Of a stretch of 64,000 bases of DNA, positions 1-28,449 are shown one piece after another. The first letter of the stretch is position 1. Every line of letters starts with the position of its first letter. The DNA comes from Macrostomum lignano. Lineage: Eukaryota. A model generated the notes under the pieces. That model made no database searches. It was not told the DNA's origin and worked only from the letters and a program-made list of their open reading frames with translations. A program made the position numbers and the translations under genes. The stretch covers positions 65,467-129,466 of the forward strand of contig NIVC01002935.1 in NCBI GenBank assembly GCA_002269645.1, written 5' to 3'.

Positions 1-569
1 ACAGAGATTGATACAGAGTGACAGAGATTGATACAGAGTGACAGAGATCGATACAGAGTGAGAGACTGATTTAGAGTGACAGAGATCGATACAGAGTGAG
101 AGACTGATTTAGAGTGACAGAGATCGATACAGAGTGAGAGACTGATTTAGAGTGACAGAGATCGATACAGAGTGACAGAGATCGATACAGAGTGAGAGAC
201 TGATTTAGAGTGACAGAGATCGATACAGAGTGAGAGACTGATTTAGAGTGACAGAGATCGATACAGAGTGACAGAGATTGATACAGAGTGACAGAGATTG
301 ATACAGAGTGACAGAGATTGATACAGAGTGACAGAGATTGATACAGAGTGACAGAGACTGATACAGAGTGACAGAGACTGATACAGAGTGACAGAGACTG
401 ATACAGAGTGACAGAGACTGATACAGAGTGCCAGAAACTGATACAGAGTGACAGAGACTGATACAGAGTGACAGAGACTGATACAGAGTGACAGAGACTG
501 ATACAGAGTGACAGAGATCGATACAGAGTGAGACTGATTTAGAGTGACAGAAACTGATACAGAGTGAGA
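1..569. repeat. 20-bp tandem repeat (ACAGAGATTGATACAGAGTG and variants), cut by the window start
   Basis: About 28 directly visible copies with ATT/ATC/ACT variants. Confidence 0.95.
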
Positions 570-957
570 GTTACGGAGGCCTTACGAGTCAGATAAAAAA
601 TACTAGCAAAGAAGAACTTCTTGTCTCGATGGGATATAAAAAATTAATTTACTGCCTGGCAGCCAGAAGAGCATGATGCATGGCATGGAGAGCGCAATCC
701 CTCACGTCCGAGTCTTCTCAACTGCTACTTGAACGGTCACGGAGAGTCTTGAGAAGCGGGTGCAGATCTCCGATCAAGACAGAAAACCTGAGTAGAGTCC
801 GTTTCCTGATTTTCATAGCACTGGGGGCAGTGATTATCTCCAGTCTCCTGTCTTTCGTCTTGTCAGTGCTGTCATTTCAATTTTGTTTTAAGCCAACTAT
901 TGAAGTTGGCCAGGCTATTTGGTTTTGTCTTTTCTTGTATCTTTAACCCAGTTTTAC

Positions 958-1212
958 TGTCCGTCACCTGCCTTCAGTTTCTCCATGCTTTCACCTGTCT
1001 TTTCCCATGCCTTTTACCTGTCACTTTGATGCCTTTCACCTGTCACTTTGATGCCTTTCACCTGTCCCTTTGATGTCTTTCACCTGTCACTTTGATGCCT
1101 TTCACCTGTCACTTTGATGCCTTTCACCTGTCCTTCGATGTCTTTCACCTGTCCTTCGATGTCTTTCACCTGTCCTTCGATGTCTTTCACCTGTCCTTCG
1201 ATGTCTTTCACT
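958..1212. repeat. 21-22-bp tandem repeat (GATGCCTTTCACCTGTCACTTT)
   Basis: About 11 degenerate copies visible. Confidence 0.9.
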
Positions 1213-2431
1213 AGTTTTTCCGATGTCTTTTAGCTGTCTGTTTCAAGGCCTTTCCTATATGCCATTCACCTGCATATCCTGAGCTTCATTCACTCAACCT
1301 CTCAATTCGAGACCGTCACGTGACAATTCTGCTAAGAAATTAATTTTACTCCCCATTGCCCATCCTCTCGTCTCTGTTCGGAAATATTCATTTTTTATCT
1401 AAAATCTCAGCAGGGGGTAGCTCAACCCCCTTCATCGGTCCGATCCGCTCCACCGCTGAAAGTTTGGAGAATTTTTTCGATTTCCCGAGCAAATCTGATG
1501 ATGCTGAGTCTGCGACTCACGGGAATTGGGGGGCTCAGCTGCTTATACTTTCAGATGCCCAAAGACCGCTGCAAGAACGCCAGCTTCAATCGGATGCATA
1601 ATTAAATGCCGAGAAAGTAGAATGCACGAGGGGGCTTTTGGGACAATTTTTTAGCGTCCTCCATAATCCCATTAAATCCATCCATATTATCCCCGACACT
1701 TGCAGCAGAGTGAACTGCAGCTCAGCTGCAACAGTGCTGAGACTGTGCTGGCAGCAGAGTGAACTGCAGTGCCTTTCAGTGCCTACATACTGTCTGACCT
1801 TCGCAATGTGTGCAGATTATGCGAGCAGCCGAGTAACTTCAACTTCTCGATTTCGACAACCTTCAAGTTCGAGCTTGCGAGCTACAATACAGGAGCGACA
1901 GACTCGCGAGTTTGTGAGGCTTTAAAGAGAGAGTTTGCGCTCCAGTTTCCTGCTCAAGGTCTCATATAGCAGCAGCAGCAGCAGCCTCTTATAATGCAGA
2001 CCTTCGGCCGCCCCAATTATAGGCCGGCATGAAATACCCCAGCGGCCAGGAAAGCCGCTCCTTCCCTCATCCATCTTATCTTCCGCCTTTATCCGCTGCA
2101 TCAAGAGACAGCTAGCGGGGAGGAACTTGAAAATAAAGCTGATTAACTGCGCAAGTGTAGTGCTAATGCGAGCCAGAGTAAGCCGGTATGTCAGGTAGGA
2201 AGGAGCTGATTAAACAGCACACACTGCAGACCCGAAATTAGCTGGAATAAATTATACAGCAGAGACCCAGCTACTCAAGAGCCCAAGCTGCTCAGTTTCC
2301 GCCCAAGTCTCAAGCCTGTGCAATCCAATTTTAAATTGAAAGCACATAGCGCGCAGTTTGATTAAACAGCCAGAACTCGGAATCAGGAAAGTTGGGGAAA
2401 GTTGCCAGTTAATTTGGATCGCTCTAAGGGT

Positions 2432-2660
2432 GGGCTGAGGGATGTGACAAGTAGGCTGAGAGATGTGACAAGTAGGCTGTGGGATGCGACAAGTAGGCTG
2501 TGGGATGTGACAAGTAGGCTGTGGGATGTGACAAGTAGGCTGTGGGATGTGACAAGTGGGCTGAGGGATGTGACAAGTAGGCTGTGGGATGTGACAAGTA
2601 GGCTGTGGGATGTGTCCAAGAGTGGGTTGAGACATGTGTCACGAGTGGGCTGAGGGATGT
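2432..2660. repeat. 21-bp minisatellite (GGGATGTGACAAGTAGGCTGT)
   Basis: About 10 visible copies; source of the spurious CHIPQPT-repeat ORFs. Confidence 0.93.
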
Positions 2661-2674
2661 GATAAGAGTGGGCT

Positions 2675-3795
2675 AAGGGATGTGTACAAGGGTTGGCTGT
2701 GGGCAGAGTGGGTGTGTACAAGGGTGGGCTGTGGGATAGAGTGGGTGTGTACAAGGGTGGGCTGTGGGATAGAGTGGGTGTGTACAAGGGTTGTCTGTGG
2801 GCAGAGTGGGTGTGTACAAGGGTTGGCTGTGGGACAGAGTGGGTGTGTACAAGGGTGGGCTGTGGGCAGAGTGGGTGTGTACAAGGGTGGGCTGTGGGAT
2901 AGAGTGGGTGTGTACAAGGGTGGGCTGTGGGACAGAGTGGGTGTGTACAAGGGTGGGCTGTGGGATAGAGTGGGTGTGTACAAGGGTGGGCTGTGGGATA
3001 GAGTGGGTGTGTACAAGGGTTGTCTGTGGGCAGAGTGGGTGTGTACAAGGGTTGGCTGTGGGACAGAGTGGGTGTGTACAAGGGTGGGCTGTGGGCAGAG
3101 TGGGTGTGTACAAGGGTGGGCTGTGGGATAGAGTGGGTGTGTACAAGGGTGGGCTGTGGGATAGAGTGGGTGTGTACAAGGGTTGTCTGTGGGCAGAGTG
3201 GGTGTGTACAAGGGTTGGCTGTGGGACAGAGTGGGTGTGTACAAGGGTGGGCTGTGGGCAGAGTGGGTGTGTACAAGGGTGGGCTGTGGGATAGAGTGGG
3301 TGTGTACAAGGGTGGGCTGTGGGACAGAGTGGGTGTGTACAAGGGTGGGCTGTGGGATAGAGTGGGTGTGTACAAGGGTGGGCTGTGGGATAGAGTGGGT
3401 GTGTACAAGGGTTGTCTGTGGGCAGAGTGGGTGTGTACAAGGGTTGGCTGTGGGACAGAGTGGGTGTGTACAAGGGTGGGCTGTGGGCAGTGGGTGTGTA
3501 CAAGGGTGGGCTGTGGGCAGAGTGGGTGTGTACAAGGGTGGGCTGTGGGATAGAGTGGGTGTGTACAAGGGTGGGCTGTGGGCAGAGTGGGTGTGTACAA
3601 GGGTGGGCTGTGGGATAGAGTGGGTGTGTACAAGGGTGGGCTGTGGGACAGAGTGGGTGTGTACAAGGGTGGGCTGTGGGCAGAGTGGGTGTGTACAATG
3701 GAGGGCTGTGGACAGAGTGGGTGTGTACAATGGAGGGCTGTGGACAGAGTGGGTGTGTACAATGGAGGGCTGTGGGCAGAGTGTGTGTGTACAAT
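2675..3795. repeat. 32/33-bp G-rich minisatellite (GTGTACAAGGGTGGGCTGTGGGATAGAGTGGGT)
   Basis: About 34 copies; explains all long ORFs at 2383-3907. Confidence 0.95.
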
Positions 3796-4357
3796 GGTGG
3801 GCCCCGTGACCAATAGTTATCATGTGAACATAAAAAACTCACTAAACAGCTGTGAGCACACCGAGTTGCACTGTGTGAAAGCTAAATTATTGCATAAACA
3901 AATATGATGGCTTTGAACACTAAGAAAACCATTCAGTTTGCAAAAGCAATTCATATTTATTTAGCGGCGGATTGTACATATAATAATAACATGCATCATA
4001 TTATAATCGAAGCGGTTGAATCTAAAAGTCTACCAGAATTTACATACAAGTGTCAATCAATCAATCAGTTCTCGGTGTATCAATTTTGAACATTTTTAAC
4101 AACTTTAATTTACGACAAAGAGGATCCGTGACTTCATGAAGGGAAAAGTAGGCAATTAGAGCTCATCAGGTCATGTTGTTAATAAAAGCAAATCAGAGGC
4201 CAGGCTCAAGCTTTATGAACATGAGAGCAGGTCGCTGCCAGCATCAGCGACGGTGTCGGAGGCAGATTAAACAAAAAATCCAAGTCAAAGAGGCCAAAAA
4301 CTCCGTTAGTCTGTCTGCTTAGAGGTGAGGCCCGTTTAAATTTTGCAGGGAAAAAGT

Positions 4358-4640
4358 AGGGGAGAGGAGGAGAGGGGAGAGAGGAGACGGGAGAGGAGAG
4401 GGGAGAGAAGAGAGAGGGGAGAGAGGAGAGGGGAGAGAGGAGAGGGGAGAGAGGAGAGGGGAGATGGGAGAGGGGAGATGGGAGAGAAGAGAGAGGAGAG
4501 GAGAGGGGGAGAGTAGAGGGGAGAGAGAAGAGAGGGGAGAGGGAGAGAGGGAGAGAGAGAGAGAGAGAGAGGAGAGGGGAGAGGGGAGAGAGGAGAGAAG
4601 AGAGGGGAGAGAGGGAGAGAGGGAGACGAGGGGGAGAGGG
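4358..4640. repeat. GA-rich polypurine low-complexity tract
   Basis: Almost exclusively G/A. Confidence 0.95.
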
Positions 4641-5574
4641 GGCGCAGCAGAGATAGGAGGGCATCCAGCTTGACATTCAACAGCAGGCCGCACCCCATAG
4701 CAGTCGTCAAGCAGCAGTTCGCCGCAGCAGCAGCAAAAGCAGAAGAGAGTTCCGAGACGCAGAGCCGAGCACAGAGAGACTCAAGCCCGAACCAAACTGA
4801 ACTAAAAGCAGAGAAGACACTGTAAGCACACCAACAAAAGTGGAAACAGACTGAAGCGAAACAAAGCAAAACAAAGCTACATGCAGCAGCAGCGGGAGGA
4901 CAAGCAATGGGACGGGCAGAGACTGCATAGCAACCGGCCTGACCAGGTGCGAAGCAGAAAAAGCAGCAATAAAAAAAGCAGCGCCAAGAGTTGCTGAGGG
5001 ACAGAGGGGGGACGGAGGTGAAGATAACAGCAAGACAGCTTATTCTCCCACTTTGTACCTGCTGTATGGCTGTTCAGTCGAACCGAAACTATTTTTTACC
5101 TGGAAGCGAACTGCATTCAGGCGGGTGCGGGCAGCAATACTGAAAGACGGCAGGTTAATTTAGTGATTCGAAAGAAGAAGAAAACCGAAACAGAAATACA
5201 AATAAAAATTCCACGCTTACTTTACTCTACTGTGCTTCGTACTCGTATAAAAAGCGGGAGTTGATACTACTGCAAGTAGCTGATCGGTGCTGGAAGGGTG
5301 AATTATAACTGATTGCCATTTTTTTACAGTAGAATAAAAATATTAAATACATTTACGAGGCGATTAACTAAATTAGTAGTCAAAAAGTAGTATATGACGG
5401 GAGAACTACGATTTATATATTTATTCTATATATAAATTCAGATTGCGATTTATAAAAAAACGTGGGGGATGAAATTTGAGTCCGATAGTACTAGGTAAAA
5501 AATTAATACTTTAAGAAAGTCAATGATGCAGAGAAACAAGGGGTCACAGGCTCTCAGGGGAGGGAGGGGTTAAT

Positions 5575-20344
<14,770 letters not shown>

Positions 20345-21764
20345 GGAGGGAGTCCGAGGGGGCCACCTGATTTTCAATTAGAGCGATATTATAATTGTTT
20401 GAGCAACTGGGATTTGAGTAACTGCAGGCTGAGACTGAGCTCACGTGCCGCCCATTCTCAATTGGAAGGCTCTGTTTTTCTCGATTCCTCCTATCTGGGA
20501 GATTGTTGAGTTGCTGCAACTGGGGAAGGCTGGAATGAAAGTGTATGCACATATTAATATTAATACAGAATATCAGTTTTTGTTAATAGGTGCCAAATTA
20601 ACAATGGGATTACAGTGAGTGCAGCCAGGTATGAATGAATAAAATTTGCACTATTAAAGTAAAAAATTGCTTTTGTGGATTCTAGAATGAACCTTGGTTT
20701 TTTCTTAGCTAGCCCATAATTTAATAATGTTGACAATCAAAAATAATTACTTTATGGTATAATATAAACACATGGATAGTTTGATTTCTTATTTGAAATA
20801 TACATTATTATGAATATTTTTACCTAAATTCAATTTGATTTAAATAGTAAGTAAGTTTGCTAAAATACACTAGCCATAGCCTAGCTTTTTTAACTTTATA
20901 TACAAGCAGTATTTTAAAAATTGCGAGATTTTTTTTAAACTTTTATCTGAAGTACCTAGAAGTAAATTGAAATTTTTACCCAACAATTCTAAATATATAG
21001 AAAACTAACAACTATAATTTAAACTTTACATAATTACACTGTGTAATCTTAAATAAAAGTCTATGCTTCAAGATAGAAAATTACAATATTTGTCAATAGC
21101 AAAAGTAACCAAGTTTAAATGTGTTCATCAAGTAAAAAATCTGCACCCTCATTTATTTCTTCAGTGGTTTTAGCACGCTCTAAAAAGCTGCCATTTTGTC
21201 ATAGCAATGCATGCAAATTTTGAACACTCCATAGCCTTAATTAGAAGAAATATTCAACCAAATCATTTAGAAATTGAAACTTTAACCAATAATGCCATGC
21301 AGCTCAAAACAATGAAATTATTCCCAGGCAACTTTGCCTATAAAGAGCAGAAAGGCTTTTATCAGAAGTAGCCAAATTTAGCAGCAGAATTTAAAAAGCT
21401 TTCAAGTTCTGGACTTTTTAGTCTTTTTTTAGACAATTTTTTATGTCAACAGTCACTGATGGCGATTCTAAAGTCACTCATGGCGATTCTAAAGTCACTG
21501 ATGGCGATTCTAAAGTCACTGATGGCGATTCTAAAGAGTCACTGAGGGCGATTCTAAAGAGTCACTGAGGGCGATTCTAAAGTCACTGATGGCGATTCTA
21601 AAGTCATTGATGGCGATTCTAAAGTCACTGATGGCGATTCTAAAGTCATTGATGGCGATTCTAAAGTCACTGATGGCGATTCTAAAGTCACTGATGGCGA
21701 TTCTGGCTCTAAAATGTCTTCAAGAGCACGAGCGGCTTGATATAAAAAACAAAGACCCGATTAC

Positions 21765-22670
21765 CCAGGCACTCTTCCCAGCACTTGCCGGTCTCTGCAG
21801 GCTGCCAACATTATCGTAGACTGACCGCCTGGCCTCCACCGATGTCGAACCCGAAGCTCCGGGCGCGCCAGCGGAAGACGCGGACGCCCCAGTCCCAGTC
21901 GCCGCCGCCGCCGGCCCGCCCGCAGTCAGCTGGCTGAGGTCCAACCGCGGCACAGCCGGGCTGGGTGTCGCCTTTGGCGTCAGCGTCCGCTCCGACTCCT
22001 CCTCCTCATCTGGGCCGCCGCCGCCGCCGCTGCTACCGCCGTCCCGCGGCAACTCCTCGACGTCGTCATCATCCTCGTCTCCATCGTCGTCGGCGTCCTC
22101 GTCGGCAGCGGCGCCAAACAGATGGCTGGCCACGGCCGCTCGAATGGCGCGGCTCAGGCTGCCGCCGGGCTGCTGCAGCAAGCCCAACTGCTGCTGCTGC
22201 TGGGCCGCCAGCTGCTGCTGCTGTTGTTGCTGGGGAAACCGGGGCGACTCGCTGTAGGAAGACGGCTCGTCGTCCACCAGAGACACCCTCGATGACGACA
22301 CCATGGAGGCGCCGCCGGCGGCACCGGCCGAGGCGGAGGCCGGAGTCGACGCCGACAGGGTTGGCTGCAGCGAGTTCCTAGGTTTCGGCTGGGGACCGCC
22401 TGACCTGAGCGCGACCGCCGCCGACTCTGATGAGCTGCTGTGGCTGCTGTTGTTGTTCGTCATGGAGTGACCGCCGCCGCCGCCGCCGCCAGTGCTGCCG
22501 GCGGAGAGTCGGCGCAGGCTCGGACTGTTTCCAGCGCCGCCGCTGCCTGAGCACTCCTTCACGGTGACCATGCGGGGCAGCTTGGCCTGCGGCGCTGGCT
22601 CGAACACGTCAGAGTAGTGCGCGATCAAATCCGACATGATCTTGTTGGCCATGCTCTGCACCTTCAGGCT
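21765..22670 (-). CDS. FAM13A: Duplicated FAM13 exon 2 (copy 2)
   Basis: ORF-track protein identical to copy 1 (offset 8159). Confidence 0.8.
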
Positions 22671-23246
22671 CTGTTTAATGATTGACATAAATAGGGGAAA
22701 AACTCCGTTATAAACTACTGAATTCAAATTGAGTAGTAAGTCGCAATTAGACACAAAATAAGCCTAAAATACTGCGCTGGCTGACATGCGATGCTCATAC
22801 AGTGCTCACTCTGCGTATCTCCGGCATGCTGGTTCAACATCTACTACAAGTAGTGTAAAAATATGGACTATATTGATATTCATTTTTAATATTGCGCCAT
22901 TATTTACCACCTCACCGGTTTTATAAAATGATTTTATTGCGACTTTCAAATTCCCTGGAAATAAAGCGAAAGTTTGCACTGTTCGAAGACTATTTGTGAT
23001 TTTCAAAGCTTTCTTAATGCTAGTCTCTTGATAAATTGGTGACAGACAGACAGACAGACGACAGAGATGGGCAGACAGACACAGACAGACACACAGACAG
23101 ACACACAGACACACAGACAGAAAGACAGACAGACACACAGACACACAGACAGAAAGACAGACAGACAGACAGACAGCAGACAGACAGACAGACAGACTGA
23201 CAGACAGAAAGACAGACAGACAGACAGACAGACAGACACACAGATG

Positions 23247-23286
<40 letters not shown>

Positions 23287-23288
23287 GC

Positions 23289-23337
<49 letters not shown>

Positions 23338-23416
23338 CACAGATGGACAGACAGACAGACAGACAGACAGACAGCAGACAGACAGACACACAGACAGACA
23401 GACAGACACACAGATG

Positions 23417-23456
<40 letters not shown>

Positions 23457-24437
23457 GCAGACAGACACAGATGGGCAGACAGACACACAATGAAAGCACA
23501 CTCAATAGCAGCTGATAGATGGACACAGAGCGGCAAGGATGGCCAGACTGACAAGCGCATCCAATAGTGTAAACAAAACGCAGGCCATCAGTGCGCAGCC
23601 AGCTGCAGATAAGCAGGAAGTTTCCCGACTGCTGTTTACAAGGCAGGTTACAAACTGGAAGCCGCAGCAGAATATTTATTTATGCATTCGCTGACGCCAG
23701 CACACACAATTCGGGACTACTAAAAGTAGGGCAAGTGGAGGCCCAGAGCAGCGCTGGAACTTGGCCGTTAAAAGTGCGCCACTGCGGCTCCAGCCAGGCC
23801 CATTTTTGGAATAAATTTATCCGCACAGGGTTCGCTCCTTGTAGAGGACTAGCGATGTTCAATCCGCTAGCGAAAACGCAAGAGTGCAGCAACAACTGAC
23901 AGGAAACCTCCCTCTCTGCATTTGCAAGAAGACTCTGCAATAACCAAGGCAGGCAAAGTCTGCAGCCGACGAAGGCCTTCATGGACTGGACCGGTTTCTC
24001 TCCGGCTCTCAGTGGCAGCCAATCTCAACCACCCTCCCGCCCAGCGTACGCGCACAGGACTGGCGGGCAGCGGCCGGGCCGGGACAGGGCGAAACTACAG
24101 GCACGGGGATCGGCGAAGGCGGGCTTTGGGGTTTTTGCCCGCTTTTGGAAGCCATCATCCCGAGCGCCGCGGCCCAAGCAACTTATTATTCGGCGGAAAC
24201 AAGCAAAAAGAGGTCGCAAATAAAACTTTTTCTATAGCAAAATTTACGCAGCATAAATATAGTGTGGGATATATATTTGTAGACAGTTGACACGCATGGC
24301 CAGGTGGAAATCTTAATACATCACCGATTGATGCATCACCCACTTGCCTACTAATTCAGCTGCATATCTACCCACGCAGCTACCTGCCTATTAGCCTACT
24401 AATCTACCAGCCTACTACGAATCCGTCTGTCTGTCTG

Positions 24438-24521
<84 letters not shown>

Positions 24522-24556
24522 CATCTATCCATCCATCCATTTATCCATCCATCCAT

Positions 24557-24633
<77 letters not shown>

Positions 24634-24720
24634 CATCTATCCATCCATCCATTTATCCATCCATCCATTTATCTATCTATCTATCTATCTATCCATCCAT
24701 CCATTTATCCATCCATCCAT

Positions 24721-24811
<91 letters not shown>

Positions 24812-24812
24812 A

Positions 24813-24951
<139 letters not shown>

Positions 24952-24952
24952 A

Positions 24953-25009
<57 letters not shown>

Positions 25010-25018
25010 GATCGATCG

Positions 25019-25160
<142 letters not shown>

Positions 25161-25161
25161 A

Positions 25162-25216
<55 letters not shown>

Positions 25217-25217
25217 A

Positions 25218-25250
<33 letters not shown>

Positions 25251-27855
25251 GTTATCTGTCTATCTATCTACCCAGCCCATGACCCCAGCTGTCCGCAGTG
25301 AGTCACCGCAGGAGGGCAGCTCCCTCAGGACAGCTTTTGCAACATTTATAGCGCCACCTGGAAATCCTTTACCCTGGTAGCCGAGGCAATCTGCGGCCAA
25401 GAGGGGAAGGGGAATCGGGGACAGAAGCGGAACAATTCGGTATCGCTCGACCCGATCGAGGTTGGGCTCGGGAAATTGGGAGAATTGGGGAGAATCTTGC
25501 GTTCGTTGGGCAAGCACACGGGGGATTTCTGCAACACAAGCCAGATCTGCTTGCCCCGCCGGAATATACGAGTCGTAGATAAGGAAATAGTGACATTTTA
25601 AAAGGGCATCAGCTTTTACCAACTCTGCTGAGCCTGTCACATTCGCTGGCGCTAAATGGAGGCACAACACTGGCGCTAGTAACTGTTATTATAGCAAACA
25701 TTCGCGTAAGCCTAATGCTAAAATATGGGCACATGAAGACTGCTACGAAAACAGGGAGTGATGCAACACTCACATCGAATATTTCACTGCTTTTAAATAG
25801 TTTATGGGGATTAAATAAACGATAGCCATTTTGAACAACGATAAGTCAGCAGTGCTAGCCGTAAGCCGCGGGACTTAACTTGGACTGCTGCCAGGCATAT
25901 CCCACTCTCCATGGCCATGATGGAGAACAGGTAAATTTGATAACTAATACCAGTTACAGGCTGGTTATCATTGTGATGATGGTGATAGTGATGATGATGG
26001 TGATGATGGCGATGATGATGCTGCTGATGATGGTGATGGCAATGATTATGGTGATGATGATCGTGATGATGATGATGATGGTGATGATGACGGTGTCGGT
26101 GATGATGGTGATGATGGTGATGATGATGATGGTGATGACGATGACGGTGTCAATGATGATGGTGATGGTGATGATGATGATGGTGGTGATGATGATGGTG
26201 ATGATGATGGTGATGATGATGATGATGATGATGGTGATGATGGTGATGATGATGACGGTGTCGGTGATGATGATGATTGTGGTGATGGTAGAAATGATTA
26301 TGATGAAGATGGTGATTATGGTGCTGATGGTGGTGATTATTGTGATGTGTTGAACTACAAGCACAAAACCCTAGCAGAGGTGAATTCCCCTAGGAGACAG
26401 TGATAAAAAGGTGCATTGCAACGCAGCCAATGACTGCAACTAACACAGGTGCCAATTCAATGACAGTGCAAGGTAATATAATAGGTGTATGAATTGTGTC
26501 ACGTGCAAGCTAAAGTTATTAATTATATTATAAGTCAATATTTGTAACTATATAATAATTTCTCTGTTAAACTGTGTGCACAATATTATTATTTTCACTG
26601 TTGCCATAGCAACGCAGACGATTAAAAAATTCGAACACTATGCATTGCTGCTCACTGTGGTAAGCGGGATTATAAAAAGTAAATTAAGAAATGCGGTAGC
26701 ATAGAGACTACAATGACTGCATCGCTCAGATTTACAAACCTGCATATGCAGAGGCAGATGCTGATAGCAGGGCAGCTGGCCAGGCTAGAGGAACAGTTTA
26801 TTCAGAAAGCACTGTGAGTTTAGCATCAAATTAAAGACTGAAAAACACATGAAAATCATATCTAGACAGTGACAGGCGGGTGGCCAGATAGGTAACCAAA
26901 GGTGTGCTCAAGAGATCTGTGCCATCAGCAGAGCTTAAGTACAAGCAAAACTGTGCTGGAAGATGTAGGCAAATGCATAGAGTGAAAAAATATCCAAAAA
27001 TTGACTGAAGAAGCTGCATCCGTATGGGGGTTGAGGACCAACGCACTGCGCACTGCAAACACGGTAACTACCGGCTAGCACTCCTTAGACTAACACAATT
27101 TGGGCAGCTCTATGCTGGCTCAGACTGTAGAGTGCAAGAGTAGGGTGTAGAAAGGGAGAACAGGATGTAAAGAGGGAGAGTAGAATGGAGGGAGAGTAGA
27201 ATGGAGGGAGAGTAGAGTGGGTGGAGAGTAGAGTGGATGGAGAGTAGAGTGGAGGGAGAGTAGAGTGGGTGGAGAGTAGAGTGGATGGAGAGTAGAGTGG
27301 AGGGAGAGTAGAGTGGGTGGAGAGTAGAGTGGAGGGAGAGTAGAGTGGAAGGAGAGTAGAGTGGAAGGAGAGTAGAGTGGAAGGAGAGTAGAGTGGATGG
27401 AGAGTAGAGTGGATGGAGAGTAGAGTGGAGGGAGAGTAGAGAGGAGGGAGAGTAGAGTGGAGGGAGAGTAGAGTGGAGGGAGAGTAGAGTGGATGGAGAG
27501 TAGAGTGGAGGGAGAGTAGAGTGGAGGGAGAGTAGAGTGGATGGAGAGTAGAGTGGAGGGAGAGTAGAGAGGAGGGAGAGTAGAGCGGAGGAGAGTAGAG
27601 TGGAGGGAGAGTAGAGTGGAGGGAGAGTAGAGGAGGGAGAGTAGAGCGGAGGGAGAGTAGAGAGGAGGGAGAGTAGAGCGGAGGGAGAGTAGAGGAGAGA
27701 GTAGAGACAGTAAAGTATGAGAGAAGCAGAGAAGCAGAATTCAGAAGGCTGAGAGTAGAGCCCATGGACTGAGACAGGACAAGCCATATAGAGATGAGAG
27801 ATGAGAGCATGCAAAAACCAATTAGCAAGCACAGCTGCAACTCAAGAGGCCTCAC

Positions 27856-28449
27856 CTGCACGGTGTCGCCGCAGCGGAACACATTGGGCCCAAAGCAGAT
27901 GCCCAGATTAAGGGGCGACATTTTATTCTCGGCGTCCCTGTCGGCAACTCGGCGCAGAAACTCGGTCAGGTACTTCAGCAGCTTCCTGTTGGGCTCCGGC
28001 AGCCGGTCGATCAGTTCGGCGTAATCCCGGCACAGCCGGTTGGGGTCGCCGGCCGCGGCCTCGGCAGCCTGCACGAACTGCAGCGTGGCCTCGCTGTCCA
28101 CGATGCCGTCCGGCAGCTCGCGGATGTACTGCTTCAGCACGCTGGCGATCGAGTGCACGTCGTGAATGTCGGAGAAGTCCACCACAGAGTGCTCGTCGAA
28201 CAGGCGGCGAATCTGGTTAGCCATCCGGTTGTTGCCGTTGACGCGGAACAGGCCCTCGGTTGCCAGGCCGGCCTTGCTCAGGTGCTCGCAGATCTGCCGG
28301 ACAATGTCCGGAACTTCCGCCGGCTGCTGCTGCTGGCTGCTGCCCCGGCGCCTGATGGCGACATCCAGCGGGGCGCCGAAAATGCTGCTGGCGCCGTTGG
28401 TGGCGCCGGCGCCGCTGCTGTCGGAGCGGCCGCGCCTGCTCGGCCACAT
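27856..28449 (-). CDS. FAM13A: Duplicated FAM13 RhoGAP exon (copy 2)
   Basis: 594 nt, same translation and donor as copy 1. Confidence 0.85.

Noticed and set aside
690-830. Possible terminal exon on the minus strand (FSVLIGDLHPLLKTLRDRSSSS*)
   Set aside because: Has an acceptor-like site but no recognisable homology or partner exon
2252-3907. Long ORFs of 165-476 aa in several frames
   Set aside because: Translations of the 21- and 33-bp minisatellites, which lack stops in many frames
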